In this document: positions 9,906-18,432 of the stretch, piece after piece | Layout: the number at the start of each line of letters is the position of its first letter | Position numbering within the stretch: the first letter of the stretch is position 1 | Assembly: GCA_039027715.1 (NCBI GenBank) | Contig: JBCCJU010000004.1 | Location: 80-64,079 of the forward strand | DNA: 64,000 nucleotides | Source: Cyanobacteria bacterium P01_C01_bin.120 | GTDB taxonomy: Bacteria; Cyanobacteriota; Cyanobacteriia; Phormidesmidales; Phormidesmidaceae | Direction: 5' to 3' | Position numbers and translations under genes: made by a program | The notes under the pieces: generated by a model | Seen by the model: only the letters and a program-made list of their open reading frames with translations | Databases searched by the model: none | What the model was told of the DNA's origin: nothing

Positions 9906-11882
9906 CTACTCCGTCGGAAACCCCGTGGGGGCGTTCTCGTCAGTCACCGCATCAGCAGCATCAGCGGCATCAGCAGCTTCAACACCCTGCAGGCGCGAAA
10001 TCTGAAACTGCGCATCTCTATAGCAGCCAGTACGGCCCAAATCGAGGCAGAGTCGAGAGGCCGTTTGCAGATCGGTTAAGGCAGCTTGGGTGTTGTCAAG
10101 TTGAGCATACAAGAGGCCGCGATCGTAAATGGCGAAAACATAGTTGGCATCAATGGCGATCGCTTGACTAAAGTCGGCTATGGCTCCGGATACATCCTGC
10201 AGCGCCTGCCGAGTCAGGCCGCGATTGTAATAGGGATCGGGACTGTTGGGCTCAATCTGAATCGCAATATTGTAATCCTGCAGGGAGCCTTGAAAATCAC
10301 CTAGGCGGCGCCGCACCAGCCCCCGATTTTGATAGGCCAGAGCATGGCTGGGACGGAGGTTGATTGCCGCCGAACAGTCTTCAAGTGCTAGCTGCTGTTC
10401 ATCGAGGTTGGAGTAGGACAGGCAGCGGTTGAGATAGGCCGCAGCTTCAATTTCCGGCTGAGTGGCTAGGGCGATCGCTTCCGTGTAATCGTCAATGCTG
10501 CCGCGATCGTCCCCCCAGGAGGCGCGAGCACTGCCTCGATTGGCATAAGCTTTGGCAAAAGTAGCATCTTTATTAATGGCTTGCGTATAGTCATCAATGG
10601 CTCCCTGCACGTCGCCCAGGTTGAAGCGGATATTAGCGCGTTCATACACGTAATCGGGCTGATCGGGGGCTTGGGAGATCGCCGCAGACATGTCGGCCAG
10701 AGCCGCTTCAGGATTGCCACTATCAAAATAAAGCTGACCTCGCTGCATCAAGGCTTCAGCATGATTGGGCAGCAGCGCGAGCGCTTTCGTATATTGGTCG
10801 ATGGCGGCTTGTGGATTATCGGTAGCCACGGTAACAGCCGTATTGAGATGACGCCGAGCCAGCAAACGCTGCGGCAGTTTAAAAGCCACCACAGCGGTGG
10901 CACCCACTAAAGCTGCCAGACTCAACGCTCCTACGATGGTCCAAGGCCATCGGCGGCGCGATGGTGGGGATACAGGACCCGGAGCAGCAGTCGGCCATTG
11001 AGCTGATGGAGGGATTTCTGTCGTTGGCGGAGCCGAATCTTGCCAGCGACCAAGCTCGGCTAGGATATCAGTCGCTTTTTGATAGCGGCGTTCGGGGATG
11101 GCATGCACCATGCGCAACAGCAAATTGCCCAGGGCCGGCTCAAGATCTGGCAAAGCTTGTAATCGTGAGGCCAGAATTTCTGGCTGCTCCGGATTCTGAG
11201 CTGTAGGTAATTCGTCCACTGGCAGCCCCGTCAGCGCTTGCACCAGCATCATGCCCAGGGCGTAGTGATCGCTATAAAATAAGGGTTGGCCATGCAGTTG
11301 CTCAGGCGCTAGGTAAATATGATGGGCCGATTCAGAAGCATCAGCGGCAGTAGTCTGACGCCGACTGGTAACCTTTTGACTAACGTTCTTAATTGACCCA
11401 AAATCCAGGATGACTAGCTGACCAGTGTCGGTATGACGAATCAACTTTGAGGGTTTAAGATTGCCATGAACCACTCTCTGCTCTTGGGCGAAACTCAGCA
11501 CTGGCAGCACCTCTCTCAGAAAACTCACGGCGGCTGCCGGACTCCACGGCTGCCCTGGTTGAAGCTCTTCGCTCAGCGATCGCCCAGGAATATATTCCTG
11601 CACGATGTAAAAATTCTGTTCGACGTCAAATGCAGCATAGGCGTTGGGAATCTGAGGATGCTGGCCCAAGTCCTCCAGCTTGGCGGCTTTTTGCTTAAGC
11701 AACCGCAAGATAAACTGCCGCGTCATCGGATTGCGAGTGGGCAAATGCAATTCTCTCACGACACAATGGGGCTGACCTGGATAATGAATATCGGCGGCGA
11801 GTATCGTTCGGCCGGATGGCTGCTCATTAAGAACGCTAACCAGCTGATAGCGTCCCCCCAGCAGATTTTGAGTGGTAGACAT
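9906..11882 (-). CDS. Ser/Thr kinase-like domain + TM helix + TPR repeats (likely pseudokinase)
   Basis: GGRYQLV at the start, YIVQEYIPG, HGNLKPS, LDFG, YLAPEQ. A central TM segment is followed by about 8 TPRs (AYANRG, AYLNR, AYQNRG, YYNRG). Confidence 0.9.
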   Translation of the reverse strand: MSTTQNLLGGRYQLVSVLNEQPSGRTILAADIHYPGQPHCVVRELHLPTRNPMTRQFILRLLKQKAAKLEDLGQHPQIPNAYAAFDVEQNFYIVQEYIPGRSLSEELQPGQPWSPAAAVSFLREVLPVLSFAQEQRVVHGNLKPSKLIRHTDTGQLVILDFGSIKNVSQKVTSRRQTTAADASESAHHIYLAPEQLHGQPLFYSDHYALGMMLVQALTGLPVDELPTAQNPEQPEILASRLQALPDLEPALGNLLLRMVHAIPERRYQKATDILAELGRWQDSAPPTTEIPPSAQWPTAAPGPVSPPSRRRWPWTIVGALSLAALVGATAVVAFKLPQRLLARRHLNTAVTVATDNPQAAIDQYTKALALLPNHAEALMQRGQLYFDSGNPEAALADMSAAISQAPDQPDYVYERANIRFNLGDVQGAIDDYTQAINKDATFAKAYANRGSARASWGDDRGSIDDYTEAIALATQPEIEAAAYLNRCLSYSNLDEQQLALEDCSAAINLRPSHALAYQNRGLVRRRLGDFQGSLQDYNIAIQIEPNSPDPYYNRGLTRQALQDVSGAIADFSQAIAIDANYVFAIYDRGLLYAQLDNTQAALTDLQTASRLCLDLGRTGCYRDAQFQISRLQGVEAADAADAADAVTDENAPTGFPTE

Positions 11883-12225
11883 AGTGGCAGATGGTTCCCG
11901 AGCTCTTCCCTGTGGTGGGCGACTAGTCGCTAAAAAGCATGTGCATACATGCGCGATCGCCCAGATGCGCCAACGACATCATTGTTCATTTTATTACTCC
12001 CAACAATAGCGGTAAGCTGCCGCCTTGGCTTGGCTATCGGCGGAGTTTTTGGCGCAAGAAGGAATGAAATAGATGAACAATGGCAGGGCGGCAGGAATAG
12101 AGGGGCAAAACATTTTGACAGCAGCTGATTGAATATGACCGCCGCATCAGCCCCAGAATTGCGAGCAAGGGGCCAAAATCCGGCTTCAACTGCGCAAGTC
12201 CTAACAAACGGTGTAGCTTGGAAAT

Positions 12226-13617
12226 ATGAAGTTGCCTCTGATACATTTTGATACCCGGGTCGAAATCCGCGAATTTTTGAAGCTGGCGCTGCCGTTGGCG
12301 AGTGCCCAAGTAGCGCAAGCGCTAACGGGATTTGTGGATACCTTGATGATGGGAAGACTGGGCCAAAATTCATTGGCGGCTGGGGGATTAGCCGTGATGA
12401 TTTTTATGGCCATGTTGATGACGGGCATTGGCACCGTCTCTAGCGTCAGTCCCTTAGCTGCAGAAGCCTATGGGGCGCAGCAGCCGCACCGAGTTGGACA
12501 GATTACTCGTCAAGGACTGTGGCTAGCGCTCATGATGGCGCTGCTGGGGGTGCCGATTATGGCCAATCTAAGCGATGGCCTGCGATCGCTAGGGCAGTCG
12601 CCAACCGTAATTGCCTTAGCCGATAATTACCTTGACATCATTCGCTGGGGCTTTTTACCAGCCCTCTGGTTTGCAGTGATGCGCTGCACGGCCACTGCCC
12701 TGGCTCGCACCCGACCGATTTTCATCATTATGCTCGGAGCCAACCTGTTCAACGTGGCCGGCAATTATCTGCTGGCTTTCGGCAAATTGGGCTTTCCAGC
12801 ACTGGGATTGAGGGGATTAGCGATCGCCAGCGTGCTGTCTCACCTAATCATGTGCCTATCGCTGCTGGGCTACCTGCTTTATCATCGGCGCGGATTTTTT
12901 CGACCCTACCAATTGTTCGAACCACCCTGGCAGCTGCGCCCCCGCTTATTGAAGCGACTGTTGGTGCTGGGTCTACCCATTGGGATTGTGACCATTCTAG
13001 AAAATGGCCTGTTTACCGTGATGACGCTGATGGTGGGGGCGATTGGCACCCATGTGTTGGCGGCACAGCAGTTGGCATTACAAACCGTCATCATTGTCTT
13101 TATGCTGCCCTTGGGCATGTCCTATGCGGCAACCGCGCGGGTGGGCCAATGGTACGGTCGCGGCGACTGGGATGGCGTTCAGCGGGCGGCGCTGGTGAGT
13201 GTGGGCCTAACCATCGCCGCCATGGTCATCTTTGGGGTGATTTTTGTCCTGTTCCCCACGCCGCTAATCGGCGTTTATTTGAACGTAAATGATCCTGACA
13301 ATCAGGCTGTCCTACAAGCTGGGGTGGCCATGCTGACGGTGGCAGGGTTTGGACAGGTGGTGGATGGGGTGCAGCGCACTGCCAATGGCGTGCTGCAGGG
13401 TCTGCAAGACACCCGCGTGCCCATGCTGCTCAGCTTTATTGCTTACTGGGTGGTGGGACTGGCATCCGGCTATTGGCTAGGCTTTCATACACCGCTGGGT
13501 GGAGTCGGTATTTGGATCGGTGCCTACTTGGGTTTGGCAGTCGCGGCGATCGCCTACATCTGGCGGTTCCGCCTGCTCTTAAAGCGTGCTGAGCCCGTCC
13601 GTCCCCAGCAGCTTTAG
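12226..13617 (+). CDS. MATE family efflux transporter (NorM-like)
   Basis: FLKLALPL, VDTLMMGRLG and GVLQGLQDTRVPM in a 12-TM pattern. Confidence 0.93.
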   Translation: MKLPLIHFDTRVEIREFLKLALPLASAQVAQALTGFVDTLMMGRLGQNSLAAGGLAVMIFMAMLMTGIGTVSSVSPLAAEAYGAQQPHRVGQITRQGLWLALMMALLGVPIMANLSDGLRSLGQSPTVIALADNYLDIIRWGFLPALWFAVMRCTATALARTRPIFIIMLGANLFNVAGNYLLAFGKLGFPALGLRGLAIASVLSHLIMCLSLLGYLLYHRRGFFRPYQLFEPPWQLRPRLLKRLLVLGLPIGIVTILENGLFTVMTLMVGAIGTHVLAAQQLALQTVIIVFMLPLGMSYAATARVGQWYGRGDWDGVQRAALVSVGLTIAAMVIFGVIFVLFPTPLIGVYLNVNDPDNQAVLQAGVAMLTVAGFGQVVDGVQRTANGVLQGLQDTRVPMLLSFIAYWVVGLASGYWLGFHTPLGGVGIWIGAYLGLAVAAIAYIWRFRLLLKRAEPVRPQQL

Positions 13618-13958
13618 CGAAAACGGCAAGGAAAGGTTGCGACTGGCAAACCATTCCTCAAGGTTGCCAATCAGGCGGCCTATGTCGCTGTAACAATCAG
13701 GATCTTGGCACACCTCAGCGGCATTGCGTCGGGTCAGTAGCGTAAATCATCCGGCAGCTTTGCTGGTCTGGGCGCTGACGGATAATGCCAGCCAACGTCC
13801 TTTTACAAAGTCCTAATTTGCGTTTGAATCCAGTTTTGAAACTGCCGCAATGTTTGAGTTTCCCTCAGACTCAGGCGGTCTGCTAGCTGAATGTTGCCGG
13901 CGTCATCTTCTGAAAGCCAAAATAAAGCAAGCTCAGTCAAAAAAGTCCGCAACCGCTT

Positions 13959-16900
13959 ATGTCAGCCGAGTCAGAACAGCGATCGCAGCGATTTGAACAA
14001 TTATCGGCATTCCCGCAGCCACAGTTTGAGCAGCTACTGTCTGCGCTGAATGTGCCTGCTGGCATCATTAGTGGCCCATCTGCGCCGCAGGGTACGCGCG
14101 TCGGTGATTTGCTGAATTGGGCAGAGGGAGGAACTGGCTGTGGATTGGAAGAGTTAGAAGCCGCCTACGATCAGGTGAAAAACGCTAATTTAATTGATTT
14201 TGCGCCGTATTTGCAATCAATTCTGGAAGACGAAGATTATCGCGAATGGCATGAGGTCTACACTCCCACGACAGTAGAAGGGCGCACGCCGTTATCTCAA
14301 CCCAAGTTTTCGCGGCTGTTAAAGCTGCAAGTGGAAACGGTGACGCAGCAGAAAGAGGAGCCGAAGCCAAAGGCAGAACAGAAAGATGAGCAGAAGCCAG
14401 AAGCAGAACGAGAAGACGAACAGAACCAGGAAAGCGCGCGCGAAAAAGTTGCGCAGTGGGATGCGCTAGCTGGATTGCGCAAATATGCCGCTGAACACAT
14501 GCTGTTAATCGGCAAGCCAGGGTCAGGCAAATCGACATCATTGGAGCGACTGCTGTGGGAAGAAGCCCAAAACGCCCTGCAAGACTCCGAAGCGAAAATT
14601 CCGGTACTAATAAAGCTGCGACGCTGTACGTCTACGATTGAGCATCTGATTCAAGACTTCTTAAGTCGCCATCAGTTACCGTTAGCGATTGCTGAGATTG
14701 AGCACTTGCTTCAACAGGGCAAGCTGTTGCTATTGTTGGATGGCCTAAACGAACTGCCGGAAATTTTTGTCACAGCGGCAAGGAACTTCCGAGATCGTTA
14801 CCACAAGACCACGCCGATGATCGTCTCCACTCGCGACTTGGCTGTGGGCGGCACTCTGGGTATCGACAAAGCTTTGAAGATGCTGCCTCTAACCGAAGCC
14901 CAAATGCAGGAGTTTGTACGAGGCTATTTGGGAGAAGCGGGCGATCGCTTGTTTCAGCAGCTCAGGGGCGATCGCCTGCGAAAGTTTGCCGAAACGCCTT
15001 TACTGCTCTGGATGCTCTGCCGCGTCTTTGCCCAAAACGGCCAGGTGCCCGACAACTTGGGATTAGCCTTTCGCGAATTCACCCAACTCTACGACGCAAA
15101 AATTCAGGAAGATGCACCCACCGAGTCACGAGAGCAATGGCCCAAGTTATTGCGTCATCTGGCATTTGCTCTGATGCACGGCGAGGAGTTGGTTGATTTT
15201 CGGCTGTCTATGCCACGGGAAGACGCCACGGATTTGTTGACAGCTTGCTTTCAACAAGAAGATAGAGCCAATGCCCGTGACTGTGCCGAACGCTGGCTGC
15301 AAGACCTGCTGGATTATCACTTGCTACAGCCTGTGAGACAGGCCAATTTTGCAGAGCATATCGAATTTCGCCACCAACTGATTCAGGAATATTACGCGGC
15401 GGAAGCGTTACAGCGACGCTTGCCTGACTTGCTTAAAGACGAGAACACATTCAAGCGCGACTATCTCAACCTATTGAAGTGGACAGAACCCATTGCTCTG
15501 ATGCTGGCGCTGGTTAATGAGGAAGAGCAGGCGCTGCGGGTGGTGAGGCTGGCGATCAATGTAGACGTAGTATTGGCTAGTCGTTTAACAAGCGAGATAG
15601 GCAGTAGGTTTCAGGAGAGAGCATTTGACTGGATTGTCAGTCTTGAATATTCAGCCAAGATTAGAATTTACTTGTTGATGTGGACTTTAGAAGTATCTGA
15701 TAATAAGTGTGCTTATTCTGCTCTATCAACTTTAGCCTGTAAACTATTTAAAGATTCAGTATCGAGAAATTCTCGATTTTCAGTAGAGGCACTTTTGTTC
15801 TCCGTTCAATTCTCTGGAAGGTCTTCATCTGAAATCGAGCTGATACTTGAAGCCTCCTGCGATCAGTCTGCTGATGTACGAGAAAGAGCCATTTACGGCT
15901 TAATAGAATTGATCGATCGCCACCAAAAAAAAATAACTGAACGAGAAATAGATGGTTGTATCGATAGATTATTAGAGGCAATTGAAAACGAAGATCTGCA
16001 AATACAAAGAAAAATCCTAAGAAGCCTAAATGTTTTCCGTACTGATACCTTAAGCGAGTTTATAGAAAAGATAGAAGCTAGAAACTTCTGTTTGTTTTGC
16101 CTAAAGGCCCTTGAGAAGTCAGATAAGGTTTCACTGGTAAAAAAATTAGTGTCTGGATCAAATAATATATTTGATCAGGTTTCCGAAGAAACCTGGTTGT
16201 TAGGATTGAAAGTCTTCGCCTCTAGTTCATCCGGCTTTCCACTTGAAAAATACTTCAACTTGTTCAACTTTAGCTTTGATGATGTTCTTTCTGGATTTGA
16301 TCGTATTTTTGAAATAGTTTTAGTTGTTGAATCCTTTAAATGCCTTAAGAAACTAAAAATCAGAAGCGCTACAAAGATGATAATGGTAGTATGTGAAGCT
16401 CTGAATAAAAAAACTCCTGATGAGTATTGGCTAGAATTTAGAAGGATAATCGATGATACTTTCTCTCCTGTTCATAAGAAAATAGAGGAAATTCTTGAGA
16501 ATGAAGAAGAATCGCATGGACTGCCTGAATTATCTAAAGTTTTAGAGGATTACCTTGTCGATTTCTTTTTGGATAGCTTAAACAGTCTACACTCTGAAGT
16601 GAGGGGCGAGGCAACAAAAGGTTTAGGGTTGATATTGCATGATTCCGTTATTTCTAATATTAAAGATGCCTTCTATGATTCAGACGACTTTGTTTGCGTC
16701 ATGGCTGTACAAACCCTTAGTAAAATTGGCAGTGAGCTAGCAATTCAAGAACTTACTAAAGCTCTAAATCATGAAAACCCTTATATACGTAGATATGCAG
16801 CCTATGAGCTAGGAGAAAAAGATAGTAGTGACTTAACGATTAAGCTCTTAAAAGCTTTGGAACCATATTACAGTATGGGAAACTTTGTATCGGTATCAAT

Positions 16901-17744
16901 ACCGGATCTTGATCCGGACTTCAGCGACCTAACTATTGAAAGAATTGTCCCTAGCATTTTGCGGGCGTGTAAGCATGGAGATCCAACGATTAGGCAGTTG
17001 GCTTTGAGAACATTGGAAGGCCTTGGCGGTGAGGGGCCAATCATCGAATTGATAAAAGCCATGGAGCATCCAAGTTATCAGATTTGTCAACTTGCCGAAT
17101 ATATTTTGAGTTTAGTAGGCGGAGATATTTTTCCAGCATTGCATCAGGCACTTAATCATCATTTTCCTGATGTGCGTAGTCATGCAGCTAAATTGATAGC
17201 AGCAAAATTCAGTAATCAAGCTGTCCCAGAATTACTTGACTTGCTTCATGATGTCGATGCTAAGGTTCGTTCTTCAGTCGTTAAAGCTCTTGGCGAAATT
17301 AAAGACAGCACAACTGTTTCAGAACTGCTATATATGCTTGGTGATTACGACTTTGAAGTATGTCGCTGTGCTATCGAAGCTCTCGGGAAGATTGGCAATG
17401 AGCGAGCTATTCCTGGCTTACTTTCTATACTTGAGGAACGTGATTATGACACTGTGGATGATTTAATCTACGCGCTTGAGCGTATCGGCGATGAGCGGGC
17501 TATTCCTGCACTGCTTAATCTACTTGAAGAAGATATTGATCCTGACACCTGCAGATCAATTGCACGAGCAATAGGGGAAATAGCAAATCCTTCGTTACTT
17601 ATAGATATTCGTGACTCATTCTTGGAGGGAGATAACACAGTCCAATTCGGTATGAGAGGTGAATTGGAGATCTTATGGTCGATTACAGAGCATCAAGAAG
17701 AATGTAAGTTTTACAACTACGAAATTTGGCAAGAAGCAATTTAA
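13959..17744 (+). CDS. NLR-like protein: N-terminal effector-associated domain (EAD9-like) + NACHT NTPase + HEAT repeats
   Basis: Walker A IGKPGSGKST, Walker B LLLLLDGLNE, AETPLLLWMLC, and HEAT/PBS repeats (VRSSVVKALGEI, AIEALGKIGNERAIPGL). Confidence 0.92.
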   Translation: MSAESEQRSQRFEQLSAFPQPQFEQLLSALNVPAGIISGPSAPQGTRVGDLLNWAEGGTGCGLEELEAAYDQVKNANLIDFAPYLQSILEDEDYREWHEVYTPTTVEGRTPLSQPKFSRLLKLQVETVTQQKEEPKPKAEQKDEQKPEAEREDEQNQESAREKVAQWDALAGLRKYAAEHMLLIGKPGSGKSTSLERLLWEEAQNALQDSEAKIPVLIKLRRCTSTIEHLIQDFLSRHQLPLAIAEIEHLLQQGKLLLLLDGLNELPEIFVTAARNFRDRYHKTTPMIVSTRDLAVGGTLGIDKALKMLPLTEAQMQEFVRGYLGEAGDRLFQQLRGDRLRKFAETPLLLWMLCRVFAQNGQVPDNLGLAFREFTQLYDAKIQEDAPTESREQWPKLLRHLAFALMHGEELVDFRLSMPREDATDLLTACFQQEDRANARDCAERWLQDLLDYHLLQPVRQANFAEHIEFRHQLIQEYYAAEALQRRLPDLLKDENTFKRDYLNLLKWTEPIALMLALVNEEEQALRVVRLAINVDVVLASRLTSEIGSRFQERAFDWIVSLEYSAKIRIYLLMWTLEVSDNKCAYSALSTLACKLFKDSVSRNSRFSVEALLFSVQFSGRSSSEIELILEASCDQSADVRERAIYGLIELIDRHQKKITEREIDGCIDRLLEAIENEDLQIQRKILRSLNVFRTDTLSEFIEKIEARNFCLFCLKALEKSDKVSLVKKLVSGSNNIFDQVSEETWLLGLKVFASSSSGFPLEKYFNLFNFSFDDVLSGFDRIFEIVLVVESFKCLKKLKIRSATKMIMVVCEALNKKTPDEYWLEFRRIIDDTFSPVHKKIEEILENEEESHGLPELSKVLEDYLVDFFLDSLNSLHSEVRGEATKGLGLILHDSVISNIKDAFYDSDDFVCVMAVQTLSKIGSELAIQELTKALNHENPYIRRYAAYELGEKDSSDLTIKLLKALEPYYSMGNFVSVSIPDLDPDFSDLTIERIVPSILRACKHGDPTIRQLALRTLEGLGGEGPIIELIKAMEHPSYQICQLAEYILSLVGGDIFPALHQALNHHFPDVRSHAAKLIAAKFSNQAVPELLDLLHDVDAKVRSSVVKALGEIKDSTTVSELLYMLGDYDFEVCRCAIEALGKIGNERAIPGLLSILEERDYDTVDDLIYALERIGDERAIPALLNLLEEDIDPDTCRSIARAIGEIANPSLLIDIRDSFLEGDNTVQFGMRGELEILWSITEHQEECKFYNYEIWQEAI

Positions 17745-17936
17745 AATATAGAATTAGCAAGTCAAAAGCAGGCGCAGACGGATGTAGCTGGGCAGGCGAC
17801 AACTATTTTCAATGTTGAAACGCTTCAGGCAAACAATTCTGCCATTAATCTGGGCGGCACGATTCACGGCGACCAGATCGGGACTCAGCACCCAAAACCA
17901 GACTCTTAAAATAAAATCACCACGCCGGAGAAGCCC

Positions 17937-18206
17937 ATGCAAATCACCCTCAACCTGCCTGACAGCCCAGATCCAACCGCAGTCTTCGACCAAAGCGACT
18001 GGTTACGCGAAATCGCCGTTGCCCTCTTTCAGCAAGAACTCGTCACCTTGGGCACGGCGAGCCAAATTGCGGGGATGCACCAAATGGAGTTTCAGCAGCT
18101 TATTGGTGGTCGCGGCATTTGCATCCACTACGACGTCGAAGAGTTTGAAGAAGGCATCCAAAGCTTGCGTGCCCGAGGCTGGACTGGATTCAAGTTCAGT
18201 CTTTGA
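17937..18206 (+). CDS. UPF0175 family protein (predicted HTH antitoxin)
   Basis: MQITLNLPD...LREIAVALFQQELVTLGTASQIAGM...FQQLIGGRGI...YDVEEFEE. Confidence 0.85.
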   Translation: MQITLNLPDSPDPTAVFDQSDWLREIAVALFQQELVTLGTASQIAGMHQMEFQQLIGGRGICIHYDVEEFEEGIQSLRARGWTGFKFSL

Positions 18207-18432
18207 GCGATGCGGAGATCGCCATTCAGCATCATAACTTACAGGTATTTTAACTTCGCTAGCATAACTGCTGACAGTGGACAAAAGCAGCATGATAATC
18301 TCGTTGTACAATGGCTGTCTCAAGTCTTTGAATTGGGTTTGAGGGGTGACTTGCGGCGGGTGAACAGGAGCGTCGACCGATCGCTCCCAACTCAGATTAT
18401 TGGCCCTTAAGGGTACGGATGATGGAATTGCC

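Noticed and set aside
9945-9985. GCATCAGCA tandem repeats
   Set aside because: They simply encode the low-complexity DAADAADA tail of the kinase-TPR protein.
11466-12434. ORFs 11466-11933, 11930-12373, 12034-12318
   Set aside because: They overlap the kinase or MATE genes and have no protein-family features.
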